A stretch of DNA of 64,000 nt from Candidatus Omnitrophota bacterium (GCA_041661605.1 JBAZUE010000001.1:542928-606927); one strand, 5' to 3'. Positions 52,147 through 61,189 are shown, counted from the stretch's first letter. Program-made: numbers and translations. The notes: generated by a model not told the origin, from the letters alone.

Positions 52147-53613
52147 TTATAAGATTAAATTGGGATCTTTAGGGAGCGGGTGATTTTTTATTTCATTGAT
52201 TATGTTTTGGGAGACGCCAGGCTTGCCAAGTTTGTAATACATATAATTCTTGTAGCCTTCTACCCCGGGCTGGTCAAAAGCGTTGATGTTAAGCAGCTCA
52301 CCTTCAAAAGCAGTAGCCATCTCAAAAAAGAATAAAAGCGCTCCCCAGTTATACGCGGATACTTCAGGCATAATAATCGTACAGTTCGGCCGGTTTTCGC
52401 TGGCTAATGCCCACTCTGTCGCCTCCTGGGCCAAATGCATAAGTGAGCTAAAACTTTTCCCGGAAAGCAGATCCCCTTTACCCGGTATTTTTAAATCTGT
52501 TTTAAATTTCTCTACGCGGATAAAAGTAAGAACTTTGTTGTCTTCTCCTTCAACATTATTTTGCTGGATAGAATGCAGATCGTTGGTTCCGGCTGCGGAT
52601 ATGGGGGTCCTGCCTTTGCTAAATAAGGATTTCTCATCCGCCAGCCAATTCTCTGATCCATCAATACCTACTTGGATCTTGCGGTGGTATTTCTTGCCCA
52701 AGCTTTCAGCTAAAAGCTGCACATACCAATCTGCCGTTGATTTAAGGGTTTGAGAAAAAGGCATTAATATGGCTAATGATTTTGCTTTTTTACGGTAGAG
52801 AATTGTATGTAATAAAGCATACATATACGCCGGATTTTTCAATATATCAGCCTGGCTGCAGCGGTCAAACATCTCCTTAACCCCTGAAAAAAGCTCTGTT
52901 ATATTTACGCCCACAATTGCCAGGTGAATCAGGCCCATATTAAACTCTGAGAACCTGCCGCCCACGCCTTTTAAAATCGGAAAGGCGCGAAAGCTTAAAG
53001 GATCTTTTTCCTGCTCACGTTCTACCTTTGAGCGCAGAGCGCCTGATTGCGGGTCTGTAATCGCCAAAATCTGCCTGCCGTATTTCTTGCCTACTCCTTT
53101 TTTAAGCCAAGCTTCCACTAACGCAAATGCCGCCTTAGGCTCTGTGGTTTCTCCGGATTTAGAGATAATAATAACAAATGTTTTCTTGGGATTGAGGTTC
53201 TTTAATAAAACCTGCAGGGTATCCGGATCAAGATTATTGCCTTCTAGGTAAATCCGGGGATTTTTCTTTCTTGAGGCCTTAAATTCATTGTAATAAGGCG
53301 CACACAACGCGTCCTGCGCGGCTTTTAAGCCTAAATATGAACCGCCGATTCCTAAAAAGACAACATTTTCATATTTTTGAGAGATCTGACCCCCGAGTTT
53401 CTGGATCTTTGCAATCACCTCTTTGTCCTGCTGAAAAAGATTCGCCCACTCAAGGCCTAAATTGACTCTTGCTTGAGGATTAGCAATAATTTTATTTAAG
53501 TGCGCTGCGCAAAGTTGCGCCTCGGGAAGGATCTCATCGAGATCCTGCTGGCTTACCCCGTGGTCTCCGACGTTAGAATTAAACATATTGTTAAAATCGA
53601 ATTTTAGGCTCAT
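52147..53613 (-). CDS. pgi: glucose-6-phosphate isomerase
   Basis: LGIGGSYLG, IISKSGETTE and DQPGVE motifs. Confidence 0.88.
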   Translation of the reverse strand: MSLKFDFNNMFNSNVGDHGVSQQDLDEILPEAQLCAAHLNKIIANPQARVNLGLEWANLFQQDKEVIAKIQKLGGQISQKYENVVFLGIGGSYLGLKAAQDALCAPYYNEFKASRKKNPRIYLEGNNLDPDTLQVLLKNLNPKKTFVIIISKSGETTEPKAAFALVEAWLKKGVGKKYGRQILAITDPQSGALRSKVEREQEKDPLSFRAFPILKGVGGRFSEFNMGLIHLAIVGVNITELFSGVKEMFDRCSQADILKNPAYMYALLHTILYRKKAKSLAILMPFSQTLKSTADWYVQLLAESLGKKYHRKIQVGIDGSENWLADEKSLFSKGRTPISAAGTNDLHSIQQNNVEGEDNKVLTFIRVEKFKTDLKIPGKGDLLSGKSFSSLMHLAQEATEWALASENRPNCTIIMPEVSAYNWGALLFFFEMATAFEGELLNINAFDQPGVEGYKNYMYYKLGKPGVSQNIINEIKNHPLPKDPNLIL

Positions 53614-53623
53614 ATTTATCTCC

Positions 53624-54655
53624 TTAACTACCGAATTCGGCTAACCTTAAAATTAATTTCTTAGTATCATCCCAACCCAGGCAGGGATCGGTGATTGACT
53701 GGCCAAAAACACTGCCTCCGACTTTTTGACTGCCTTCTGCCAGGTAGCTTTCCACCATCAGGCCTTTGACTGTTTTCCTTAAATCTTTAGACTGAGACAG
53801 GCTGCTCATTATCTCTTCGGCTATCCGGGGCTGCTGGCTGAAATCCTTATCGGAGTTGGCGTGGTTAGTATCGACGATAAGGGCCGGATTCGCAAGATTG
53901 CGTTTTAAATACAGCTGGATAAAATGAATCAAATCTTCGTAATGGTAATTCGGGATGCTTTGGCCCTGGCGGTTAATCGCTCCGCGAAGGATGCAGTGCG
54001 CAAGAGGATTGCCGTCAGTTTTGACCTCCCAGCCGTTATAGATAAAGGTATGCTGGATCTGGGCGGCTTCCACGGAATTAAGTAAAACGTTCAAATCTCC
54101 GCTGGTGGGGTTTTTCATGCCAACCGGGATATCCAAGCCGCTTACTGTCAGGCGGTGCTCCTGGTTCTCCACGGAACGGGCCCCGATTGTGACATAACTT
54201 AAAATATCCTCCAGATACGGATAGTTTCCCGGATAAAGCATCTCATCTGCGGCGGTTAATCCGGATTCACTTAGCACCCTGATGTGCATGCGCCGGATAG
54301 CCTTAATTCCCCGGGAGATGTCAGGGTCACCGGAGGCCTTAGGTTGATGCAGCATACCTTTATAGCCTTTTCCGGTTGTGCGGGGTTTATTTGTATAAAT
54401 GCGCGGGATTAAAATCAGCCTGTCCTTGACTTTACTCTGAAGAGAACCAAGGCGCGATACATATTCCGAAAGTGCGTTCTCATCATCAGCCGAACATGGG
54501 CCGATAATCAGAAGCAGGCGGTTATCATTTCCTTTTATAACATTTAAGATATCCTTGTCGCGGACCGCTTTTACTTTTTTCAAATTCGCCGACATAGGCA
54601 TCAGCTGAAGGATTTCAGAGGGAGTGGGAATTTTCTGCAGGTATGTAAAACTCAT
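53624..54655 (-). CDS. aroG: 3-deoxy-7-phosphoheptulonate (DAHP) synthase, class I
   Basis: LLIIGPCS, NKPRTT and GMKNPT motifs of type I-alpha DAHP synthases. The paralog (aroF/G/H) is not assignable. Confidence 0.85.
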   Translation of the reverse strand: MSFTYLQKIPTPSEILQLMPMSANLKKVKAVRDKDILNVIKGNDNRLLLIIGPCSADDENALSEYVSRLGSLQSKVKDRLILIPRIYTNKPRTTGKGYKGMLHQPKASGDPDISRGIKAIRRMHIRVLSESGLTAADEMLYPGNYPYLEDILSYVTIGARSVENQEHRLTVSGLDIPVGMKNPTSGDLNVLLNSVEAAQIQHTFIYNGWEVKTDGNPLAHCILRGAINRQGQSIPNYHYEDLIHFIQLYLKRNLANPALIVDTNHANSDKDFSQQPRIAEEIMSSLSQSKDLRKTVKGLMVESYLAEGSQKVGGSVFGQSITDPCLGWDDTKKLILRLAEFGS

Positions 54656-54658
54656 GGT

Positions 54659-54988
54659 CTATTTGTCTTGCTGGATTATTTTAATTGTGGTGCGCAGGCC
54701 GTCTTTCCATGGCCAAAGCATGGCAAGGATGCTGTCGGTATCTGAAGTTTTATAATACAACGTCTGGCCGGGCATGATCCCGCCAAGGCCGTTAACTGTT
54801 TCCTGCAGTTTATATGGCAGCCTGGACTTTGATGGAAAAACCGGCTCCCCCATCATACCCTTCAGCTGCAGGCTGAGTTTTTCCAGCTCCTGCTGGACAA
54901 TGACTGCTTCAAAAAAATTATCGCAATCAGCGCGCAAGGCTTCAAAATTAAAGGCTTTAATATTCTTTCTCAGGGAACTAAAATCCAT
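54659..54988 (-). CDS. hypothetical protein
   Basis: 109-aa ORF, 3 nt upstream of the DAHP synthase gene; no recognisable motif. Confidence 0.35.
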   Translation of the reverse strand: MDFSSLRKNIKAFNFEALRADCDNFFEAVIVQQELEKLSLQLKGMMGEPVFPSKSRLPYKLQETVNGLGGIMPGQTLYYKTSDTDSILAMLWPWKDGLRTTIKIIQQDK

Positions 54989-55042
54989 AGCTCCTCCTTG
55001 GGTTGGTGAATTTATTATAACACAGCTGGAGAATATTTAAAA

Positions 55043-55480
55043 TCAGAGAATCTTTAATAAGTTAAGTCCGGTTTGAGGGTCGATCTCCTTGGTTGCCTTA
55101 ATTCCTTTTAACTCCAGGACTACCGCCTCAATAACCAGGAAAACTTTTGACTTGCCGCGCACGCAGCCGGTTAAGACTTTGTTCTTCTTGCCCATACTAC
55201 CATGGATATGTATCTGCGGGCCTTTGGCATTTACAAAGATTGTGCCAATGCCCATGACCTCCCAGCCGTCTTTAAAATTTACTTTGTTCGGCAGCGGCGG
55301 GATTACCGGTTTCCTGGGTCCGGTAACCAGTTCGCCTTTTTTAAGGGCTCCGATAAAGATCATCGTTGCCGCTTTGATGCGCTCTTTCTTGGCGAAAGAA
55401 CCCAGCTTATCGATTAAAATATCGTCATCTTCGAATTTTAGAAGAAATACCCTGCCGAGCGAGCCTTTAGTATATTTCAT
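55043..55480 (-). CDS. PPC (DUF296) domain protein
   Basis: GRVFLLKFEDDDIL...ATMIFIGALKKGEL...HIHGSMG pattern of PPC/DUF296 proteins. Confidence 0.6.
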   Translation of the reverse strand: MKYTKGSLGRVFLLKFEDDDILIDKLGSFAKKERIKAATMIFIGALKKGELVTGPRKPVIPPLPNKVNFKDGWEVMGIGTIFVNAKGPQIHIHGSMGKKNKVLTGCVRGKSKVFLVIEAVVLELKGIKATKEIDPQTGLNLLKIL

Positions 55481-55706
55481 TTTGCAAAAGCTGATAATAC
55501 TTGGTTAAAGATTTTAAAGCATTAAAAAAGATTAAGCCCGTGAAATAACTTATAATAATAACCACCGCGCTGATAATGATCTTCATTCTCTTGTTAAAAT
55601 CCGGATTAGCCCAAACCAAAGGAAGCATAAGCGGGCCTACACAAAGGAAGGAGATAATTAGCGACCTGGTCTTAAAATACCATTTTTTCTGACCCTTATT
55701 ATCCAT
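55467..55706 (-). CDS. small membrane protein
   Basis: 79 aa with two hydrophobic helices; overlaps its neighbours by 1 and 14 nt. Confidence 0.4.
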   Translation of the reverse strand: MDNKGQKKWYFKTRSLIISFLCVGPLMLPLVWANPDFNKRMKIIISAVVIIISYFTGLIFFNALKSLTKYYQLLQNEIY

Positions 55707-56089
55707 TATTGTTTTTTCTTGCGGGCCTTAGATTTATTTATTCGCGCTTTATGTTCCACGCATAGAACTTCGGCGATGGGAGCGATCTGGCCTCCCTCGT
55801 AAGGGAACTCTTTGCAGGTTACCGGCTTTAAGGCGTAGTCGATCTTATGTATCCTGCATAAGCCATCAGGATCCTGAAAAACGCATTTTTCATCCTCATA
55901 GCTGGTGCCCACCTTGTATCCGGAAGGAAAATCTTTATCTATTTCCAGATGGAAAAAGTCTCCTTTTATGCCAAGGGAAAGTATTTTTTTCGCCTCTTCC
56001 AAATCAATCCAAGCTCCGAAGCGGCAGCAATCCGCCTGGCTCCTGCATTTCTGACAATCAATAGCCTCATCTATTTTTTTGCTTTTCAT
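55706..56089 (-). CDS. YkgJ family cysteine-cluster protein
   Basis: CQKCRSQADCCRF (CxxCx5CC) and later C..C pairs. TATAAT lies 7 nt upstream of the ATG. Confidence 0.65.
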   Translation of the reverse strand: MKSKKIDEAIDCQKCRSQADCCRFGAWIDLEEAKKILSLGIKGDFFHLEIDKDFPSGYKVGTSYEDEKCVFQDPDGLCRIHKIDYALKPVTCKEFPYEGGQIAPIAEVLCVEHKARINKSKARKKKQ

Positions 56090-56096
56090 AATTTAT

Positions 56097-56102
56097 ATTA
56101 TA
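56097..56102 (-). promoter_or_regulatory. -10 box giving a probable leaderless ykgJ-family mRNA
   Basis: The TATAAT ends 7 nt before the ATG at 56089; no SD. Confidence 0.4.
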
Positions 56103-56169
56103 CATTTATTAGCTTAAAATCCCAAATACATTTTATGTACCTGGGATCTTAAAGCCGGTTCTTATTTAA

Positions 56170-56370
56170 TTAGGCGATACGCACATTGACCGCGCGCGGG
56201 CCCTTATCGGATTTTTCGATGTCATAAGAAACTGACTGCTCTTCGGTTAAATCCTCAAATTTGGCTTCAACCAAAGCATTACGATGGAAGAATACTTCCC
56301 TGCCATCAGTGTCGCTGATAAAACCAAATCCTCTATCGCGCACTAATTTCTTAATTTTTCCGGTATTCAT
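56170..56370 (-). CDS. cold-shock domain protein (divergent paralog)
   Basis: RGFGFISD (RNP1-like) and VFFHRNAL (RNP2-like) motifs; 66 aa. Confidence 0.8.
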   Translation of the reverse strand: MNTGKIKKLVRDRGFGFISDTDGREVFFHRNALVEAKFEDLTEEQSVSYDIEKSDKGPRAVNVRIA

Positions 56371-56384
56371 CTATACCTCCTTTT

Positions 56385-56424
56385 TAAAAAATAGCCTGAC
56401 CTCAAAAATTTGAAGCCAGGCTAT
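56385..56424 (-). terminator. intrinsic terminator between the two csp genes
   Basis: Minus-strand ATAGCCTGGC-N14-GTCAGGCTAT followed by TTTTTT. The AAGGAGG RBS of the second csp follows at once, with no room for a promoter. Confidence 0.75.
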
Positions 56425-56438
56425 TCTTTTACCAGTGT

Positions 56439-56639
56439 TTAAAGCTTGACTACGTTAGTAGCCTGTTCGCCCTTGGGTCCTTTTTCGATATTGAACTCTA
56501 CTTCCTGACCCTCAGCCAAAGATTTATAACCCTCACCCTGGATTGCGCTGTGATGTACAAATACATCGCTACCGGATTCAGGTGTGATAAACCCAAAACC
56601 TTTCTGGTCTGAAAACCACTTTACTTTACCTTTTGCCAT
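56439..56639 (-). CDS. cspA: cold-shock protein CspA family
   Basis: [17 protein letters not shown] (RNP1) and DVFVHHSAI (RNP2) motifs; 66 aa. Confidence 0.92.
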   Translation of the reverse strand: MAKGKVKWFSDQKGFGFITPESGSDVFVHHSAIQGEGYKSLAEGQEVEFNIEKGPKGEQATNVVKL

Positions 56640-56663
56640 TATTTACTACCCCCTTCCCTAGAA

Positions 56664-56672
56664 ATTATAGCA
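56664..56672 (-). promoter_or_regulatory. extended -10 promoter of cspA-family gene
   Basis: Minus-strand TGCTATAAT, about 25 nt upstream of the ATG at 56639, with a GGGAAGGGGG RBS. Confidence 0.5.
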
Positions 56673-56716
56673 AATAATGACAGAAATACAGTCGCCGGAG
56701 CAAGAAGCGCCGGAAT

Positions 56717-56753
56717 AAAAAAACCGCGAAGGTTAGTTTTCTAAACCTCGCGG
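56717..56753 (-). terminator. strong intrinsic terminator 95 nt after element copy 9
   Basis: Minus-strand CCGCGAGGTT-TAGAAAACT-AACCTTCGCGG followed by TTTTTTT. Confidence 0.8.
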
Positions 56754-56848
56754 CCTACAAACATCTAATCCTTTATTTACTACTTAGGTAAGTGTAACAC
56801 ATTTTGTCTATTTGTCCAGTAAAATTATGTTTATTTTATCACGGTAAA

Positions 56849-56899
56849 GAATTGTTTCGTATTTACTTGGCAAACAAAGAGTTATGTAAAGCGTCTTAC
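56849..56899 (-). repeat. 51-bp unit-boundary element, copy 9 (class 2, most diverged)
   Basis: GAATTGTTTCGTATTTACTTGGCAAACAAAGAGTTATGTAAAGCGTCTTAC. It supplies the Smr gene stop TAA (56896-56898). Confidence 0.7.
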
Positions 56900-57150
56900 G
56901 ATCTAAAGTGGATGAAGATCCTGCCAAAATTCTTATCATCCTTTTCCAGGCGATGGTAGAGCTGCTTTATATCCGGCTGGGCCAGGAAACGCAGCACGTG
57001 TTTCTTTAATTGGCCGCTGCCCTTACCCGGGATAATCTCAACTTCGTTGATTTTCTTTCTTACCGCCTCTTCTATTACCCGCTTAAGTTCGGATTCGATC
57101 GCCCTGCCGTTGCTATAGATATCGTGTAAATCCAGTTTAATCCTGCCCAT
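56896..57150 (-). CDS. Smr domain protein
   Basis: LDLHD...EVEIIPGKGSGQLKKHVLRFL pattern of Smr/MutS2 C-terminal nuclease domains; 84 aa. Confidence 0.7.
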   Translation of the reverse strand: MGRIKLDLHDIYSNGRAIESELKRVIEEAVRKKINEVEIIPGKGSGQLKKHVLRFLAQPDIKQLYHRLEKDDKNFGRIFIHFRS

Positions 57151-57169
57151 ATAGGTATTATACCTTTAT

Positions 57170-57595
57170 TTAAATCCTGTCCGGGATATCCAGATTACTG
57201 CTGCCCTTAGTTTGTCTTACATAAAGCGGAACAGTAGCCTCAACCCTGCCATCAATTACTATATTCACTACATAATCTCCGGGTTTCTGGAAAGAGACAT
57301 TTTGTCCGTTAAGCACGAATGAAAAGGAAGCTTCGGGAACTGCCACTTGAGGAAGTTGAAAATTAATTTTCATTTCGCTGTTCATTAATTTCTGGCCATC
57401 GGCATCAGTCAATGAAATGTTCAGTTTATGCTCCCCTACCTCCAGCCTGTTAATCAGGAGGCGCAAAGCGACGCTCATACGCGGTATTGCATATGGAAAT
57501 TTATCGACATTTATGCTGTCGAATGTCCTGCATAAAGAAAGGCACCCATTTTCAACCCAGGCGTGATCCGCAACAGCCGCAACTAAAACTTTCAT
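57170..57595 (-). CDS. hypothetical protein (DUF6941-like pattern)
   Basis: 141 aa with ADHAWVENGCLSL....FPYAIPRMSVALRL. The family assignment is from memory only. Confidence 0.35.
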   Translation of the reverse strand: MKVLVAAVADHAWVENGCLSLCRTFDSINVDKFPYAIPRMSVALRLLINRLEVGEHKLNISLTDADGQKLMNSEMKINFQLPQVAVPEASFSFVLNGQNVSFQKPGDYVVNIVIDGRVEATVPLYVRQTKGSSNLDIPDRI

Positions 57596-57607
57596 AATGT
57601 GCTCCTT

Positions 57608-58045
57608 TTAAGGGTTGCTCCCCTGCTTTTTAATTACTTTAAAGGAATTAAAACTTCTATCGCTTTTAGAGCCGGTATATGAAACACGGATCAGGCTCCA
57701 GGTATAGACCTGGCCATTCTGGAAGAAATCAGATTTAACTTTAAAAGAAGACGCATCAGCGGGCAGCTCTTCTTTAAAGATTAAATCCGCTGAGTACATA
57801 TTATAACCTTTATATATCTTAAGGGTAAATCCGCGTATACCGACCAAATCATCCCACCATTTAAACTCCAGAGGTTCATTTGCAATTAAAACAGCTGTAT
57901 CATTAATTGGATACCTCAGCCTGGGCTCAGGCAGGTTGTTAAAAGGCCCGTTATCCAAGCTAAAACTGACTGTCCCCGCGAAGCTTAGGGAGCTTGAGAA
58001 TAAAACCAAGAAGATTGCTATCGCCACTATCTTTTTTATATACAT
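57608..58045 (-). CDS. hypothetical secreted protein
   Basis: N-terminal signal peptide (IAIFLVLFSSSLSFA); no recognisable domain. Confidence 0.4.
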   Translation of the reverse strand: MYIKKIVAIAIFLVLFSSSLSFAGTVSFSLDNGPFNNLPEPRLRYPINDTAVLIANEPLEFKWWDDLVGIRGFTLKIYKGYNMYSADLIFKEELPADASSFKVKSDFFQNGQVYTWSLIRVSYTGSKSDRSFNSFKVIKKQGSNP

Positions 58046-58063
58046 ATGTCACCTCATATTTGC

Positions 58064-58633
58064 TTATCTTTTCTTACCGATGGAGAACGCGCTGCCTAAA
58101 AGTTTGCCTATGCCATAATAGGTGCGATTCGCCGGATTAAAAATCATGGGCTTTATTTTCTCAATATCAGGGGCTCCTTCTTTTGTTAAAAATGTTTCCT
58201 CTACTTTTACATCTTTAATCTGACCGACAAAAAGTGTATGCAATCCCAGCTTAACTGTCTGGATGAGAGCGCATTCTAAAACAAAAGGGAATTCTTTGAC
58301 ATAAGGAGCATCAACGAGCTGGCTCTTTACGGGGGTAAGCCCGGTTGAGCTGAATTTATCTTCTACCCTGCCTGAAGCAATACCAAAATAATCCGCCTCC
58401 TTGATGTGCGCTTCGGAAGGGATACTTATGGTAAAAGCCTTCTTTTCCAGGATATTAGAGTATGTATACGTAGCTTCTCTTAAAGAGATACTGACGCATG
58501 CAGGGTCAGAACAGCATATGCCTCCCCAGGCAACCGCCATCGCGTTCGGCCTGGAATTTTTATCATATGTACCTATAATAAAAACCGGGGTCGGGAAAAC
58601 AATGGTCTTAGCTCCGATAGATTTTTTTATCAT
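58064..58633 (-). CDS. flavin reductase-like (FMN-binding split barrel) protein
   Basis: NAMAVAWGG...ISLR and FVGQI motifs of the flavoredoxin/flavin reductase family. Confidence 0.72.
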   Translation of the reverse strand: MIKKSIGAKTIVFPTPVFIIGTYDKNSRPNAMAVAWGGICCSDPACVSISLREATYTYSNILEKKAFTISIPSEAHIKEADYFGIASGRVEDKFSSTGLTPVKSQLVDAPYVKEFPFVLECALIQTVKLGLHTLFVGQIKDVKVEETFLTKEGAPDIEKIKPMIFNPANRTYYGIGKLLGSAFSIGKKR

Positions 58634-60381
58634 TTACAATCTGCGGGGCATTTGCCGCACTCCCTCTCAAAAGAATCGCATATGCCATCCCCGCACTTGC
58701 CGGTTGTATCAACGGGATTATTAAACTTGGCTTCCGTAATCATCCCTCCACAACAAGATCCATAGAATTTACTAAGTAAACCGCAATTGCCTGCCGCATT
58801 GATGGTATCACAGCCGCTGTTTGAATAAACCTCCCGGGTAAAAGAACAAGCGCAGCCCTGGCTCGGCACATATTCATTTATTTTCTTTGCCACAGCCATA
58901 ATTTCACCTGAGAACCAAACCGGCGGAACCCAGGAACCGTTAGCAAAAGAACTTTCATCATAAGGGGCAGCCGTATAAGCAAAAATACCTCCGGCGCATT
59001 TTACTGATTTACCGAGAGTTTCCGTAAAACGCAGCTGTTCCGAAGTCTCGCACTGGCCGATTCTTGAACGAAGCTCGCCGTCACAAACATGTTCCCTGGA
59101 AATAAAGGCGAGTTTTTTATGGCTTGCCGCTTTTTTCACAATATCCAAAGCAAGGTAATAAAAGAGGTTGTTTGCTTCCGCGTCAATAGAGCCGGCGAGA
59201 GAAAACCCTATGCCGTCGGCCAGGGATTCTTCACTCAAGAAATCCTCGCTGCTGGCGGAGAAAATAAGAATGTGGTTCGGGTCATTTTTCCTGAATAGAT
59301 CCGAATAGTAGCGCCTGTCAAGCCTGCGCATATAATTCCTAAAGTTATAAAAATCAAGCCCTTTAACAGTCAAGTTATCAAGGCTATTTTTACCCGCAGC
59401 TAATGCGAAAATATCTGTCGGATCAGGAAAAACAGGCACCTGTTTTCCGCCTTTTATCATTTCAATGGGTTTTGGAATTTTAAAATAGTCAAAAGTTATA
59501 GATTTATCTTCCCGGGCTGACTGCAGTCCTGCCTCACTTCCGTATTTTTCCTTAAGCCATTCTTTAAATTTTCTTTCAAAGTATGGGGAGTAGTCGGTAA
59601 ACATCAGTGGCCTGTTTTCTATCTTTTCGGTGGCATTACCAAATCCCCTTAAGTAAATATAGTTTGGCCCATAACCATCCTCCCCTGTCGCACCCACCCC
59701 AACCATCCATCCGGCTAACGCAGGATGGTTTTTATAGTGTTTGATTACACCTTCAAGAAAAGAACCCCAATCTCGCTGGACTTTATCCGAATTCATACTG
59801 GGATTATTATAAACATTGCCGTAAGAATCGGTCTCGCAGAAATCGCAAATTTTAGCCTTATTGTAAGGCGGAAAGTTATTTTCTTTCAGCCACCAGTCCG
59901 GGATAAAAGGAAAAAACACAAACACCGGGATAATATATGCCCCCTGCTTGCCGGCGTAATCAAAAATCTTATCGAGATTATTGAAATCAAGATAAGCGGA
60001 AATACTATTCGCCCGGATAACTGATTTATCGAGATCAGACCACCAGAGGTTAAGCAAAATTAACCTGGCATGGTTGCTAAGCGCCTGGTCGATCAAATCT
60101 TTGGTGTTTGTGAGCCATTTTTCGCTTGCATAGCGCGGCACTTCATTCTTACCTTCGACACTTACACCCATATCAGGCAAGTAATAAATATTTACCGCTC
60201 CGGTATCTATTTCTTCAGAATTAATAAAAAGCCGGGGAGTGCCGTTGACCATCTTAACTTCGCTTATCTTAACGCCTTGGGTCTGGGCTAAAGCGGCGAA
60301 ATTACCGCTTGCAGGATAGGGCTGAAAATGGCAAATCAGAAAAGCAGCCGTAAAAATAATGGTTAAAAATGTTTTTATCAT
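58630..60381 (-). CDS. secreted TIM-barrel glycoside-hydrolase-like protein with Cys-rich C-terminal tail
   Basis: Signal peptide. The central region resembles a GH42/GH5-type barrel (PDWW..., [10 protein letters not shown]...GED). The C-terminus is [21 protein letters not shown]. Confidence 0.4.
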   Translation of the reverse strand: MIKTFLTIIFTAAFLICHFQPYPASGNFAALAQTQGVKISEVKMVNGTPRLFINSEEIDTGAVNIYYLPDMGVSVEGKNEVPRYASEKWLTNTKDLIDQALSNHARLILLNLWWSDLDKSVIRANSISAYLDFNNLDKIFDYAGKQGAYIIPVFVFFPFIPDWWLKENNFPPYNKAKICDFCETDSYGNVYNNPSMNSDKVQRDWGSFLEGVIKHYKNHPALAGWMVGVGATGEDGYGPNYIYLRGFGNATEKIENRPLMFTDYSPYFERKFKEWLKEKYGSEAGLQSAREDKSITFDYFKIPKPIEMIKGGKQVPVFPDPTDIFALAAGKNSLDNLTVKGLDFYNFRNYMRRLDRRYYSDLFRKNDPNHILIFSASSEDFLSEESLADGIGFSLAGSIDAEANNLFYYLALDIVKKAASHKKLAFISREHVCDGELRSRIGQCETSEQLRFTETLGKSVKCAGGIFAYTAAPYDESSFANGSWVPPVWFSGEIMAVAKKINEYVPSQGCACSFTREVYSNSGCDTINAAGNCGLLSKFYGSCCGGMITEAKFNNPVDTTGKCGDGICDSFERECGKCPADCK

Positions 60382-60388
60382 ACTCTTA

Positions 60389-61051
60389 TTATCCGGGGTA
60401 GCCTACTGTCTGCGCAAGGATTATTTTTTGTTCCGGCCGCAAATTCATTACTTTAGAAAGCGTCTGTTCGTCAAACAAACCGCGCACAACAGTAGCAAGG
60501 CCTTCGGATGCGCAATAAAGATAAACATTCTGGCTGACAAAGCCCGTATCGCAGGCCGCATAAAATTCAGCCTTAGCGCCCCTTTTGCCGGTACGGGATA
60601 AATCAACCACATAAATCAGGTTCACCGGCGCGATAGCAGCAAAATCCTGTTTACCGGTTATGGCGCGGATATCCCGCTTATTGATAAGTTGAAGAGAATT
60701 TTTAAATGGGTCATAAAGGTAAAGGCCTGATTGCATAGAAACATAAATATCTATTTCCTGGAGATTATTTGCCGAGGGGGCGGTGCGGCCTTTAGTCTCC
60801 GGCCTGTTAACCCCGTTTGCAGCCCAGAGCAGTTCAGAAAGGGCCTGCAGGGATAACGGCCGGTTGTTGAAACTCCGGCTGGTTTTCCTTTCCTTTAGCG
60901 CCTGCATAAAAGGCTTGCCGGCATTGGTACGCGGAGAGATCAATGCAATTGTTTCCGTCTCTTGCGCAAAAGCTAATTGAAAAAAGGTAAAGCTGCTGAT
61001 AATCAATATTGCGGCAGATAATCTCTTAATATTCAATAATTCTTTAGACAT
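60389..61051 (-). CDS. exported nitroreductase-family (SagB-type) protein
   Basis: Signal peptide, then LKERKTSRSF...LSELLWAANGVNR...APSANNLQEIDIYV, the typical nitroreductase fold pattern. Confidence 0.7.
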   Translation of the reverse strand: MSKELLNIKRLSAAILIISSFTFFQLAFAQETETIALISPRTNAGKPFMQALKERKTSRSFNNRPLSLQALSELLWAANGVNRPETKGRTAPSANNLQEIDIYVSMQSGLYLYDPFKNSLQLINKRDIRAITGKQDFAAIAPVNLIYVVDLSRTGKRGAKAEFYAACDTGFVSQNVYLYCASEGLATVVRGLFDEQTLSKVMNLRPEQKIILAQTVGYPG

Positions 61052-61121
61052 AGGTCAATCTCCTTGAATGTTATCTTAAGCGTATCAGGACGGCACCGGA
61101 TTATTTTACTCCAATAAAACA

Positions 61122-61149
61122 AAAATCCCAAGCCTTTTTAAAACCCGGG
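61122..61149 (-). terminator. terminator after the htrA-like gene
   Basis: Minus-strand CCCGGG-N10-CTTGGG (with G-U pairs) followed by ATTTTTG. Confidence 0.45.
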
Positions 61150-61150
61150 A

Positions 61151-61165
61151 ATATTTGTTATACAG
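61151..61165 (-). repeat. partial (tail-only) match to the 51-bp element
   Basis: ATATTTGTTATACAG matches columns 1-15 (TATTTGTTATGTAAC) only. It lies 25 nt after the htrA-like stop and next to a terminator hairpin. Confidence 0.35.
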
Positions 61166-61189
61166 CCCCGCAGCTTAGGAAATGATCAA

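Noticed and set aside
56754-56800. A TGGACA-N16-TACACT promoter for a ~65-nt RNA ending at the 56717-56753 terminator.
   Set aside because: The match is plausible but weak, and equally good hexamer pairs arise by chance in AT-rich DNA. It is not reported as a feature without transcript data.
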